The notes below the pieces were generated by a model, which ran no database searches, had not been told where the DNA came from, and saw only the letters and a list, made by a program, of their open reading frames with translations. Of a DNA stretch of 64,000 nt, positions 46,906 to 56,159 are shown piece after piece. Both the position numbers and the translations under genes were made by a program. The number at the start of each line of letters is the position of its first letter. Position 1 is the stretch's first letter. The DNA comes from Candidatus Sumerlaeia bacterium (GTDB taxonomy: Bacteria > Sumerlaeota > Sumerlaeia > SLMS01 > JANRJK01), in the NCBI GenBank assembly GCA_033764015.1, contig JANRJK010000036.1, forward strand, positions 64,001-128,000, written 5' to 3'.

Positions 46906-49386
46906 GTGCCCCACGCGCATCCGCACGCGCCGCTGCGGCGCTGGTTCTCGGACCGCGGCTGGAAGCCGGCACAGTTCCAGGAGGAGGCGTGGGCCTCGTA
47001 CCTCGCCGGGGAGAGCGGCCTAGTCCATGCGCCGACGGGCCTCGGCAAGACGCTCGCGGTGTGGGGAGGGCCGCTGCTCGAAGCGCTCGCGGCGGAGGAG
47101 AACGATGGGCTGCGGGCGCTGTGGATCACGCCGCTGCGCGCGCTCGCCGCGAACACCGTGGCGTCGCTGCGCGAGGCGCTTGCGGCCTTCGGACTAGACC
47201 TCGCCGTCGAGCTGCGCACCGGCGACGTGTCCTCGGCGAAGAAGGCGCGCCAGCGCGAGCGCCCGCCCTTCTGCCTCGTCACCACGCCGGAGAGCCTCTC
47301 GCTGCTGCTGAGCTACGCCGACACGGCGGAGTCGCTGCGCCGGCTGCGCTGCGTGGTGGTGGACGAGTGGCACGAGCTGCTCGGCTCGAAGCGCGGCGTG
47401 CAGACGGAGCTGTGCCTCGCGCGACTGCGGGCGCTCGCGCCGGGCCTGCGCACTTGGGGGCTCTCGGCGACGCTTGGCAATTTGGACGAAGCGCGCGACG
47501 CACTGCTCGGCGCGGTGTCCGGCGCGGGGCGGCTCGTCTCCGCCGAGGCGCCCAAGGAGATCGCGATCGAGACGCTGCTGCCGGACGAGATGGAGCGCTT
47601 CCCCTGGGCGGGGCACCTCGGGCTCAAACTGCTGCCGCGGGTGGTTGAGGCCGTCGAGCGCGCGTCCTCCACGCTGCTGTTCACCAACACGCGCTCGCAG
47701 GCGGAGCTGTGGTTCAACGCGTTCCTTGCGCTGCGGCCGGATTGGGAGCCGCGGCTCGGGCTGCACCACGGCTCGCTGGACCGCGAGTTGCGGGAACAAG
47801 CCGAGCGCGGCATCGACAGCGGCGCGCTGCGCTGCGTGGTGTGCACGTCGAGCCTCGACCTCGGCGTGGACTTCGCCCCGGTGGAGCAGGTGATCCAGAT
47901 CGGCAGCCCGAAGGGGATCGCGCGGCTGCTGCAGCGCGCGGGGCGCAGCGGCCACCGCCCGGGCGCGCCGAGCCGCGTGCTGTGCGTGCCGACGAACGCG
48001 CTCGAATTGGTCGAGTTCTCCGCCGCGCGCGCGGCGGCGGAGGCGCGCCGCATCGAGTCGCGCGCACCGATCACGGGGCCGCTCGATGTGCTCGCGCAGC
48101 ACGTCGTGACGCTGGCGCTGGCGGGGGGAGTGGCCCCGGAGGCCGCGCTTGCGGAGGCGCGCGCCACGCGGGCCTACGCGTCGCTCACGGGCGAGCAGTG
48201 GGGCTGGGTGCTTGACTTTCTCAAGCATGGCGGACGGGCGCTCGGCGCGTACCCGCAGTACCGCCGCATCGTGGAGCGCGAGGGGCGCCTCGTGCCCGCG
48301 GGCGACCGCGTGGCGCGAGCGCACCGCATGGCCGTGGGCACGATCGCCAGCGACGCCGCGGTGTCGGTGCGGTTCCAGAACGGCGCGACGCTCGGTTCCA
48401 TCGAGGAGAGTTTCGCGGCGTGGATCAAGCCGGGCGACCGGTTCCTCTTCGCGGGGCGCGTGGTGGAGTGCGTACGCTTCCGCGAGATGGCGATGGACGT
48501 CAAACGAGCCGCCGCCGCCACGCGCAGCGTCCCCAAGTGGATGGGCGGGCGGATGCCGCTCTCGACGCAGCTTGCGGACGCGGTGCGCGCGCGTTTCCAC
48601 GAGGCCGCCCGCGGCGAGCACGCCGACGCGGAGATGCGCGCCGTCGCGCCGCTGCTCGAACTGCAGGAGCGCTGGTCGAAGATCCCGCTGCCGCACGAGA
48701 CGCTGATCGAGCGGACGCGCTCGCGCGAGGGGCACCACGCGTATGTGTTCGCCTTCGCGGGGCGGCTGGCGCACGAGGGCATGGCGGCGCTCGCGGCGTT
48801 CCGCATCGCGCGCCGCGCGCCGATCACGTTCACCACCTGCGCCAACGACTACGGCTTCGAACTCGTCTCGCGGAAGCCGTTCCCGCTCGGCGAGGAGGAG
48901 TGGCGCGCGGCGCTCTCGCCCGGCGCGCTGCTCGAGGACCTGCTGGCGTGCCTGAACGGGACCGAGCTGGCGAAGCGCAAGTTCCGCGAGGTCGCGCGCG
49001 TCGCGGGCCTCGTTTCGACCGGCTTCCCGGGCCAGTCGAAGTCCGCGAAGCAGGTGCAGATGTCGAGCGGGCTGCTCTACGACGTGTTCGCGCAGTTCGA
49101 CCCGGAGAACCTGCTGCTGCACCAGGCGCGCCGCGAGGTGCTCGACGAGCAGCTCGAGGTGACGCGGCTGCGCGCGGCGCTGGAGCGCGTCGCGGCGGGG
49201 CCGCTGGTCCTCCGCGAGACGGAACGCCTCACGCCGCTGTCGTTCCCGCTCTGGGCCGAGCGCATCCGCGAATCGGTCTCGTCGGAGTCCTGGGCGGAGC
49301 GGCTGGAGCGCATGGTGGCGGAGCTGGCGGAGGCGGCGGAAAGCGGCTGGCAGGCAATGCCAAAGCGGAAGCCTGAATCGGGTTGA
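46906..49386 (+). CDS. Ligase-associated Lhr-like DEXH-box helicase
   Basis: APTGLGKT, TPLRALA, TTPESL, DEWHE, SAT, HHGSL, SSLDLGVD, QRAGRSGH. Confidence 0.93.
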   Translation: MPHAHPHAPLRRWFSDRGWKPAQFQEEAWASYLAGESGLVHAPTGLGKTLAVWGGPLLEALAAEENDGLRALWITPLRALAANTVASLREALAAFGLDLAVELRTGDVSSAKKARQRERPPFCLVTTPESLSLLLSYADTAESLRRLRCVVVDEWHELLGSKRGVQTELCLARLRALAPGLRTWGLSATLGNLDEARDALLGAVSGAGRLVSAEAPKEIAIETLLPDEMERFPWAGHLGLKLLPRVVEAVERASSTLLFTNTRSQAELWFNAFLALRPDWEPRLGLHHGSLDRELREQAERGIDSGALRCVVCTSSLDLGVDFAPVEQVIQIGSPKGIARLLQRAGRSGHRPGAPSRVLCVPTNALELVEFSAARAAAEARRIESRAPITGPLDVLAQHVVTLALAGGVAPEAALAEARATRAYASLTGEQWGWVLDFLKHGGRALGAYPQYRRIVEREGRLVPAGDRVARAHRMAVGTIASDAAVSVRFQNGATLGSIEESFAAWIKPGDRFLFAGRVVECVRFREMAMDVKRAAAATRSVPKWMGGRMPLSTQLADAVRARFHEAARGEHADAEMRAVAPLLELQERWSKIPLPHETLIERTRSREGHHAYVFAFAGRLAHEGMAALAAFRIARRAPITFTTCANDYGFELVSRKPFPLGEEEWRAALSPGALLEDLLACLNGTELAKRKFREVARVAGLVSTGFPGQSKSAKQVQMSSGLLYDVFAQFDPENLLLHQARREVLDEQLEVTRLRAALERVAAGPLVLRETERLTPLSFPLWAERIRESVSSESWAERLERMVAELAEAAESGWQAMPKRKPESG

Positions 49387-49435
49387 GTGTCGCGCCTGCC
49401 GCGCGCGAAGTTCCGCCTCCCGGAGTAGCCCCGCC

Positions 49436-51292
49436 ATGCCCCCCTCACCCGAGTTCCAGCACGCGATCCGCCGCATCCGCGAGGAGGCGGACCTGCTCGA
49501 GATCGTGGGGCGGCACGTCGAGCTGAAGCGCAAGGGCGGGCGCTACTGGGGCTGCTGCCCGTTCCACGGCGAGAAGACGCCGAGCTTCTGCGTGCGGCCG
49601 GAGGTGGGGTACTACCACTGCTTCGGGTGCGCCGAGGGCGGCGACGTCTTCAAGTTCCTCCAGCGCACCGAGTCGCTGTCGTTCATCGAGGCGGTGCGCA
49701 AGCTGGCGAAGGAGCTGCGCATCGAGCTGCCCGCGCATTCCTCCGTGCCGGTCGAGGTGTCCGACGCGGAGGAGAAGCTCCGGACGCAGATCGAAGCGGC
49801 GAACCGCCACGCGCTCGAGTTCTACCGCCGGATGTTGGCGGAAGGGCGCAACCCGGCGGCGAACGCCTACCTGCCCAAGCGCGGCCTCGGGCCGGAGATG
49901 ATCGAGCGCTTCAAGCTGGGCGCCGCGCTTGATGCTTGGTCCGCGCTCACCGACGCGATGGTGCGCGACGGCTTCGAGCGCGAGTTGTTGGTGGCTGCTG
50001 GGCTCTCCGTGAAGAGCGAGAAGGGCAGCTTTTACGACCGGTTCCGCAACCGGCTGATCTTCCCGATCCACGACCACAACGGAAAGTGCATCGGCTTCGG
50101 CGGGCGCGCGCTGGTGGACGAGCCGGACTCGCCGAAGTACCTGAACAGCGCCGAGACGCCGGTGTACAAGAAGTCGCGTTCGCTCTACGGCCTCGATGTC
50201 GCACTGAAAGCAATCAAGGAAACGGGCCACGCATTCCTGTGCGAAGGCTACATGGACGTGGTTTCCGCGCACGCGGCGGGGATCGAGAACGCGGTGGGAT
50301 CGCTCGGCACGGCGCTCACGCCGGAGCAGTCGCGGCTGCTGCACCGCTTCACCAAGCGCGTCTACTTCTTCTACGACGGCGACAACGCGGGACGGAAGGC
50401 GATGCTGCGCGGCGGCGAGTCGCTACTCGCGGCGGACCTCGACACGCGCGTGCTGCTGCTGCCGCAGGGGGAGGACCCCGACACCTTCGTCCGCGCGCAG
50501 GGGGCGGACGCGGTGCGGGCGCTGCAGCGCGACGCCGCGGAGTTCATCGACTTCGCCGTCGCGGAGGCGCTCAAGGAAGCCGACACCGCGACGATCAACG
50601 GGCAGGCGGAACTGGTGGAGCGCCTGCTCCCCTACCTCGCCGCGATGAAGAACGAGGCGGTCCGCGAGGCCTCTATCGCGCGCGTGGTGGCCAAGACGCC
50701 TGGCATCCCGCGCGACACCGTGCGCCGCATGCTCGAACGGCGCGCGGACCGCGCCCCGCGCGAGGACGGCCCCGTCAGGCAGCCCGACCACCCGGCGGAC
50801 GGGGAGGACGGCCACTCCGAACGCCAGGCCCCGCGCGCCGCGCAGATGGACCGCCTCGAGCGCGGCCTGCTGAAGCTCATGCTTGAAAGCTCCGAGGCGC
50901 TCGACGCGATCAGGGCGCGGCTCCACCACGACTGGGTGCGCGATGCGCGGCTCGCCCCGTGGGTGTTCACGCTCATCGACCACGACCTGCCGGTGTCGCG
51001 GCTGCTCGACGCGATCGACCACGACAGCGGCGAGCTGCCGGAGGACAAGGCGGTGGTGTCGGAGCTACTGGCTTGGGACATGCCGCTGTCGCCGAAGCCG
51101 CACGCGGACGCGGACGAGCTGCTGCTACGCCTCGAGGAGCGGCACCAACGGCTGATCGTGCGCGAGATCATCGAGGAGCTGACGGTCCAAGCGGATCCGG
51201 ATGGCCAGGCGAGGGCGCTGATGGCGCTGCACCTCGAATCGCGCAACCGGCTTTCGGTCGGCGAGGGACGGTTGCGGAAACGGCGGAGTTAG
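49436..51292 (+). CDS. dnaG: DNA primase
   Basis: CPFHGEKTPSF..CFGC, DRFRNRLIFPI, FGGR, KYLNSAET, EGYMD, YDGDNAG, DPD. Confidence 0.97.
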   Translation: MPPSPEFQHAIRRIREEADLLEIVGRHVELKRKGGRYWGCCPFHGEKTPSFCVRPEVGYYHCFGCAEGGDVFKFLQRTESLSFIEAVRKLAKELRIELPAHSSVPVEVSDAEEKLRTQIEAANRHALEFYRRMLAEGRNPAANAYLPKRGLGPEMIERFKLGAALDAWSALTDAMVRDGFERELLVAAGLSVKSEKGSFYDRFRNRLIFPIHDHNGKCIGFGGRALVDEPDSPKYLNSAETPVYKKSRSLYGLDVALKAIKETGHAFLCEGYMDVVSAHAAGIENAVGSLGTALTPEQSRLLHRFTKRVYFFYDGDNAGRKAMLRGGESLLAADLDTRVLLLPQGEDPDTFVRAQGADAVRALQRDAAEFIDFAVAEALKEADTATINGQAELVERLLPYLAAMKNEAVREASIARVVAKTPGIPRDTVRRMLERRADRAPREDGPVRQPDHPADGEDGHSERQAPRAAQMDRLERGLLKLMLESSEALDAIRARLHHDWVRDARLAPWVFTLIDHDLPVSRLLDAIDHDSGELPEDKAVVSELLAWDMPLSPKPHADADELLLRLEERHQRLIVREIIEELTVQADPDGQARALMALHLESRNRLSVGEGRLRKRRS

Positions 51293-51294
51293 TG

Positions 51295-51825
51295 TTAGCG
51301 GAATGGTGGCCGTTTGCGGATCTGGCCGCTCTTAGTGAAGAAGTCGTCCGCCCTCACCCATTGACCGAAGCTCTCCCCGGAGTAGACCAGCTCGATGGCT
51401 CCCGGATTCGGTGAAATGCATTCCTCGAAGATGCCTCCGACATCCAACGCGGCTTGAAACAGGTACAACGTCGGGTCGGCGCTGGAGAACCCAGTGCCGT
51501 CGGCGATGTCCATACCGCGCGCTTGACTCATGATCAGGAGTCGAAACGTCACTCCCGCGAAGGCTGAGTCGAGGACGCTTTTCCATGCCAGCCGGGCGGC
51601 CTTTGCGAGCGCCAGGTTGTTGCGCCACCGCTCGCGGGGATTCCTGCCCTCCGCCCAATCGAAGTGGATGTGGTTGTGAGTGATCTCGGCCTGAAGCGGG
51701 CCCGCGAATGTCCCGGCCTCGGGCAGCCCTCGCAGGGTCCCCGGCCCGGTTGCGCGGAGGATCGCCCGCCCGGACCGGACAAAGGTTGGAAAGAACAGGG
51801 AGTCGAGGTCTGCTGGAGGCTTCAC
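51295..51825 (-). CDS. Hypothetical protein with atypical (lower-GC) codon usage
   Basis: Open frame filling the gap between dnaG and the Rrf2 terminator; GTG start approximate. Confidence 0.5.
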   Translation of the reverse strand: MKPPADLDSLFFPTFVRSGRAILRATGPGTLRGLPEAGTFAGPLQAEITHNHIHFDWAEGRNPRERWRNNLALAKAARLAWKSVLDSAFAGVTFRLLIMSQARGMDIADGTGFSSADPTLYLFQAALDVGGIFEECISPNPGAIELVYSGESFGQWVRADDFFTKSGQIRKRPPFR

Positions 51826-51847
51826 GGTCCGATTCTTGGCGTGGCTG

Positions 51848-51885
51848 AAGAAAACGGCCCGGCTTGGGGTTTCCAAGCCGGGCCG
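51848..51885 (-). terminator. Intrinsic terminator downstream of Rrf2 gene
   Basis: 13-bp stem CGGCCCGGCTTGG/CCAAGCCGGGCCG, then TTTTCTT on the minus strand. Confidence 0.8.
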
Positions 51886-51923
51886 GTTCGCGTGTTGGCG
51901 CGCGTCGGCGGGCGGAGGGCGGG

Positions 51924-52526
51924 TTAGTCGTTCTTGGCGCGGCGGACCGGCGGGCGTCCGCCGTTGACGACGGTCGAGCGGTTGGCAGGCGCGGGCGGGG
52001 CGGCCAGCGTCGGGGCGGGCGTCTCCATGCCGGGCATTTCGAGGCGCGTGCGGCAGTTGCAGAGGCGGCCGTCGGCGTCCTTGATGAAGCCCATGCGGCA
52101 GCGGATCTCGTCGGCGATGTGCTCGTCCGGGCCCGGGCGGGCGACGAGGTCGGCGAGCGTCCACTTCTGCAGCACGCTGATGGTGGCGTAGTGGACTTCC
52201 TTCATCGCCTTGTGGAAATTGCAGACGGGCTCCGGGTGGTCCCGGAGTTCCTCGCAGTAGTTGCCGACGAGGAGCCCTTGGCAGGCTTCGACGACGTTGC
52301 GGAGCGTGATGGCGCTCGGGGCCCTGTTGAGGCTGACGCCGCCGGCGGCGCCGCGGTGGGACCGGAGGATGTTGGCGCGGACCAGCTCGCGGGTGATCTT
52401 GGCCATGTACGAGGGGGACTCACCGAGGAATCCGGCGATCTCCTTCGGGGTCACGGGGCGGCCAGTCTGGCTCAGCGTGATGTAGATCAGTGCGCGGATT
52501 GCGGATTCCGAAGTTTGCGTCAGCAT
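51924..52526 (-). CDS. Rrf2-family transcriptional regulator
   Basis: AIRAL..., SPSYMAKI..L, SHRGAAGG..L, ITL..VVEA; Cys in C-terminal half. Confidence 0.9.
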   Translation of the reverse strand: MLTQTSESAIRALIYITLSQTGRPVTPKEIAGFLGESPSYMAKITRELVRANILRSHRGAAGGVSLNRAPSAITLRNVVEACQGLLVGNYCEELRDHPEPVCNFHKAMKEVHYATISVLQKWTLADLVARPGPDEHIADEIRCRMGFIKDADGRLCNCRTRLEMPGMETPAPTLAAPPAPANRSTVVNGGRPPVRRAKND

Positions 52527-52677
52527 GGGAGGAGCCCTTCGTGCTCGATAACTTGGATAAATTCGCTCCCACAACCGTCCGGAAGTCAACGACAAACCCC
52601 CCGTTAATTTGGGGCGCGCCAAGTGATGTCGTCGATTGCGCCGCTGTCCGCCTTGGCGACCGGCAAGTCTTTACTGC

Positions 52678-54948
52678 TCAGCCTTTCGCCGATGCGGCGT
52701 CCGTGCCATAGCCTTCGCCGTAGCCGAATCCGTAGCCGTAGCGCGGCCCGCGGCGGTACTTCGAGCGGCTGTTGTACACGGCGCCGAAGAGGTGGGCGCC
52801 GACGCGCTCAAGCGCCGCGACCGTCTTCTCAAGAAGCTCGATGTCGGTTTTTCCGTGGTTCACGACGATGCAGACGCCATCCACGCGGCGGGCGAGGACG
52901 AGCGCGTCGGCCATCGCTTGGCAGGGGGCGGCGTCGACGACGACGAGGTCGTACTTGGCGCGCGCGGCTTCGAGGACACGGTCCATGGCGGCGCTGTCGA
53001 GCAGGTCCACCGGCGAGGGCGCCTGGGGACCGGCGGGGAGTATCTGGAGCGATGGGGCGTCCGGCGCCTGCTGGATCGCGTCCGCGAACTCCCGCTGGCC
53101 CGTGAGGACGTCGGTGAGGCCGGGGGTCTTGTCGATGCCGAAGACGCGGTGGACGGAAGGGGCCTTGAGGTCGCCGTCGATGAGGAGCACGCGCCGGCCC
53201 GCTTCGGCGAAGGCGATGGCGATGTTGGCGGCGACGGTGGACTTCCCCTCCTGGGCGAGGGCGCTGGTGACGAGGATCGCGCGCGGCGGACGGCCGGCGC
53301 TGGCGTACTGGAGCGAGGTGCGCACGAAGCGGAATGCGTCCGCCTCGAGCGGCGAGGTGCCGGGCGAGGTGATCAGCAGGCCGGTGCGGCCCTTCGCCGC
53401 CCCCTTCCGCAAGCGCCCGAGGAACGGCACCATGCCGAGCGAGGGAAGCCCCATGCGGCGCTCCACCGTCGCCGGGTCGTAGACCGACCGGTCGAGCCAG
53501 TGCATCCCGAGCGCGAGGACGATGCCGGCGCCGAGCCCGAGGAGGGCGGCGACCAGCAGGGTGTTTCCGATGCGGGGGTAGGCGGGCTCGCCGGGGATCA
53601 TCGCGCGCCCGACGAGCGTGACGTTGCTGGGTTCGACCTCCTGCTTGATGTCGAGCTGCTTCGAGCGGTCGAGGAGCGCGCCGTAGAGCGCGCGCTCCGA
53701 TTCGACGCCGCGCTGGAGCACGGTGTAGTCGACGCGGCGGCGCTGGATCGCGGCGGCGCGCTCCTCTTGTTCGGCGAGGCGCTGCTCGAGCGCGGTGAGC
53801 TTGAAGCGCGCGAGCGCGAGCCGCCCCTCCGACTCGCCGAGGACGTTCGTCTCGAGGGTGCGCATCTCGGCGCGGAGGAACTCGAGCTCGCGCTCCACCT
53901 TGCGCAGCGGCGGATAGGCGGGCTCGTTGTCCGCGGCGAGGGAGATGCGCTCCAGTTCGAGTTCCTGCACGCGGTCCTCGAGCTTCGCGTAGCCCGTGTC
54001 GGTGCGGAGCAGGAGCTGCTTGATCGCTTCGACCTTCGCGGCGGAGTTCTCGGCGGAGTAGAGCGCGATGTCGTTCTTGGTGGTCTCGATCTGCTCCGTG
54101 AGCAGGCGCATGGTGGCGATGGAGATGTCGAGGTTCTGGTCGAGGATCCGGAGGTCCGGCGCGGCGTCGATGCCGGCGGGTGTGGCGGGCGGCTCCTGCG
54201 GCTCCGTGGGGCCCGCGGCGAACTCGAAGAGTTCGCGCTCCGCTGCCTCGAGGCGCGCGCGCGAATCCGCGAGCTGCCGGGTGAGCTGCCCGCGGGCGTA
54301 CTGGTACGCTTCCGCCTGGTCGCGCGAGAGACTGAGGGCGTACTGGGCGGCGAACTCGTTCGCGAGCCGCGCGGACATCTCCGCGTCGGCGTCCGTCGCG
54401 GTGATGCGGATGATGCGGGTGTCGAGCCGGCGGCGCACCTCGAGGCCCTCGAGGAGGCGCTTCACCACCGCCTGCTGGCGGCGGAGTTCCGGGTCCAGGT
54501 CGACCGGTTCGTAGGTGACGAGGCTGCGCGCCAGGAACTTCCAGGAGCCGGCGAGCCGCGCGCCGAGGGCGCCGATAGGGCCGGACCCGGGCTGCTCGGC
54601 CTGCTCCTTGGCCGCGTCGAGACCGAGCGACTCGGCGACGGCGGCGGCGACGCGGGGGCTCCGGATCAGCTCGAGCTGCGTTTCGATGTCGCGCAGGTTG
54701 CTGTTGGCGGTCTGCAGGTTCTCCTGGCCGACGATGCCGACGTCGCGCGGCTCGAACTTGATCGTGGCGGTCGCGGAGTAGAGGGGCTGGGCGTGGCGCA
54801 GGTGGAGCACGCCGCCCAGCAGCGCCAGCGCGAGGCAGAATGCGACGAGCCACGCGCGCCCGCGTACGACGCCCGCGATGCGCAGCAGGTCGTCGCCGGG
54901 CTCGCCGCCGGCCTGCGCCGGGGCGCCGCGTCCGGTCGGGTCCGCCAT
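52678..54948 (-). CDS. Polysaccharide co-polymerase / tyrosine autokinase (Wzc/GumC)
   Basis: Two TMs flanking a coiled coil; EGKST, LLIDGDL, VVDAAP; C-terminal Tyr cluster YGYGFGYGEGYG. Confidence 0.93.
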   Translation of the reverse strand: MADPTGRGAPAQAGGEPGDDLLRIAGVVRGRAWLVAFCLALALLGGVLHLRHAQPLYSATATIKFEPRDVGIVGQENLQTANSNLRDIETQLELIRSPRVAAAVAESLGLDAAKEQAEQPGSGPIGALGARLAGSWKFLARSLVTYEPVDLDPELRRQQAVVKRLLEGLEVRRRLDTRIIRITATDADAEMSARLANEFAAQYALSLSRDQAEAYQYARGQLTRQLADSRARLEAAERELFEFAAGPTEPQEPPATPAGIDAAPDLRILDQNLDISIATMRLLTEQIETTKNDIALYSAENSAAKVEAIKQLLLRTDTGYAKLEDRVQELELERISLAADNEPAYPPLRKVERELEFLRAEMRTLETNVLGESEGRLALARFKLTALEQRLAEQEERAAAIQRRRVDYTVLQRGVESERALYGALLDRSKQLDIKQEVEPSNVTLVGRAMIPGEPAYPRIGNTLLVAALLGLGAGIVLALGMHWLDRSVYDPATVERRMGLPSLGMVPFLGRLRKGAAKGRTGLLITSPGTSPLEADAFRFVRTSLQYASAGRPPRAILVTSALAQEGKSTVAANIAIAFAEAGRRVLLIDGDLKAPSVHRVFGIDKTPGLTDVLTGQREFADAIQQAPDAPSLQILPAGPQAPSPVDLLDSAAMDRVLEAARAKYDLVVVDAAPCQAMADALVLARRVDGVCIVVNHGKTDIELLEKTVAALERVGAHLFGAVYNSRSKYRRGPRYGYGFGYGEGYGTDAASAKG

Positions 54949-54951
54949 GGG

Positions 54952-56070
54952 CTACTGGACCGGGTTGTAGGTCGCCGACGCGTTCGCGGAGGCGCCGGTG
55001 CGGACGAGGCCGCCCAGGGTTTCGAGGAACGCGCGGAAGCCGTGCGTGTGGACGAAGACCTGGTCGCCGTCCTGCACGTAGAAGTCCCGCCCCGTCAGCG
55101 CGAGCGCCTGGCGGGCCTCGATCGAGAAGACACGGGGCTCCTCGCCTTCCGACACGTAGCGCACCACGGTGACGTCGGAGTCCGCGCCATAGCGCAGGCC
55201 GCCGCGCTCCGTGAGCACCTGGGCGAGGGTCTGGACGCTGGGGCCCAGGAAGACGACGCCGGGCTGGCGGACGCGGCCCATCACGATGGCGGTGCCGGCG
55301 GGGGGCACGTAGACGATGTCGCTGGGCTGGAGCGGCAGGTTGTACTCGAGGCCGCCGCGGAAGACGAACTCCTGCAGGGGGACGACGATCTCCTCGCGGG
55401 GCTCGATGTTGCCGTCTCGGCTGAGCTTGGCGATCATCTCCTCGAGCGACATGGAGGAGCGCTGGTCGCGGGTGAGGCGCTCGCGGTACACCTTCAGGTA
55501 GCGCGCGGGCGCGAGGCCGCCGGTGCGCCCGCCCATGGTGACGCCCCCCGCCTTGAAGAGCGCGTCGAGCAGCGTGTCGCCGAACTCGAGGGGGTAGCGG
55601 CCGGGCTGCTGCACGGACCCGAGGACGGCGACCTGGTTGTAGGAGGCCTTCTTGATCAGGACGATGGGGCGCGGCGAGGTGACGTAGCTGCGGTAGGCCG
55701 CCGCGAGGTCCGTGGAGAGCTCGTCCACGGTCTTGCCGTGGACGCGGATGGCGCCGATCAGCGGAAGCGAGAGGAACGGGCTGTCCGTGACGATGAAGCC
55801 CGCTTCGGGATCGGTCTGGATCGACTCGGGGAAGATGTCGGGCTGGCCCAGGAGGCTGATCGCGAGCACGTCGCCGGCGCCGATGCGGTACTCTTGCGAA
55901 CGCTCGAGCTGGAGCTGCTGGAGCGCGGCGAGGTCTTGCCCGGCGACGACGCCGCGGAGCGGGTTTTCGTCGAGCGGGTTGAGCACCGTCGCGCGCCCGC
56001 CGCAGCCGGCGGCGAAGAGCGCCGCGCAAACGGCGGCCAGGCGGAGCAGCGGGAGGATCGGATTCGTCAC
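54952..56070 (-). CDS. Polysaccharide export lipoprotein (Wza/SLBB)
   Basis: Lipobox AAGC; YRIGAGD, LPLIG, VLGSV..PG.Y, A..KAGG, GDQVFV. Confidence 0.88.
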   Translation of the reverse strand: MTNPILPLLRLAAVCAALFAAGCGGRATVLNPLDENPLRGVVAGQDLAALQQLQLERSQEYRIGAGDVLAISLLGQPDIFPESIQTDPEAGFIVTDSPFLSLPLIGAIRVHGKTVDELSTDLAAAYRSYVTSPRPIVLIKKASYNQVAVLGSVQQPGRYPLEFGDTLLDALFKAGGVTMGGRTGGLAPARYLKVYRERLTRDQRSSMSLEEMIAKLSRDGNIEPREEIVVPLQEFVFRGGLEYNLPLQPSDIVYVPPAGTAIVMGRVRQPGVVFLGPSVQTLAQVLTERGGLRYGADSDVTVVRYVSEGEEPRVFSIEARQALALTGRDFYVQDGDQVFVHTHGFRAFLETLGGLVRTGASANASATYNPVQ

Positions 56071-56159
56071 GGCGGTTCCCCGGCGCGTTGGAGTGTCGGT
56101 GTCGCTGTGCGCGCGAGGCTTCGCCCCGGCGCGGCGCGGGTAAAGCGGGATCGCCGCGG

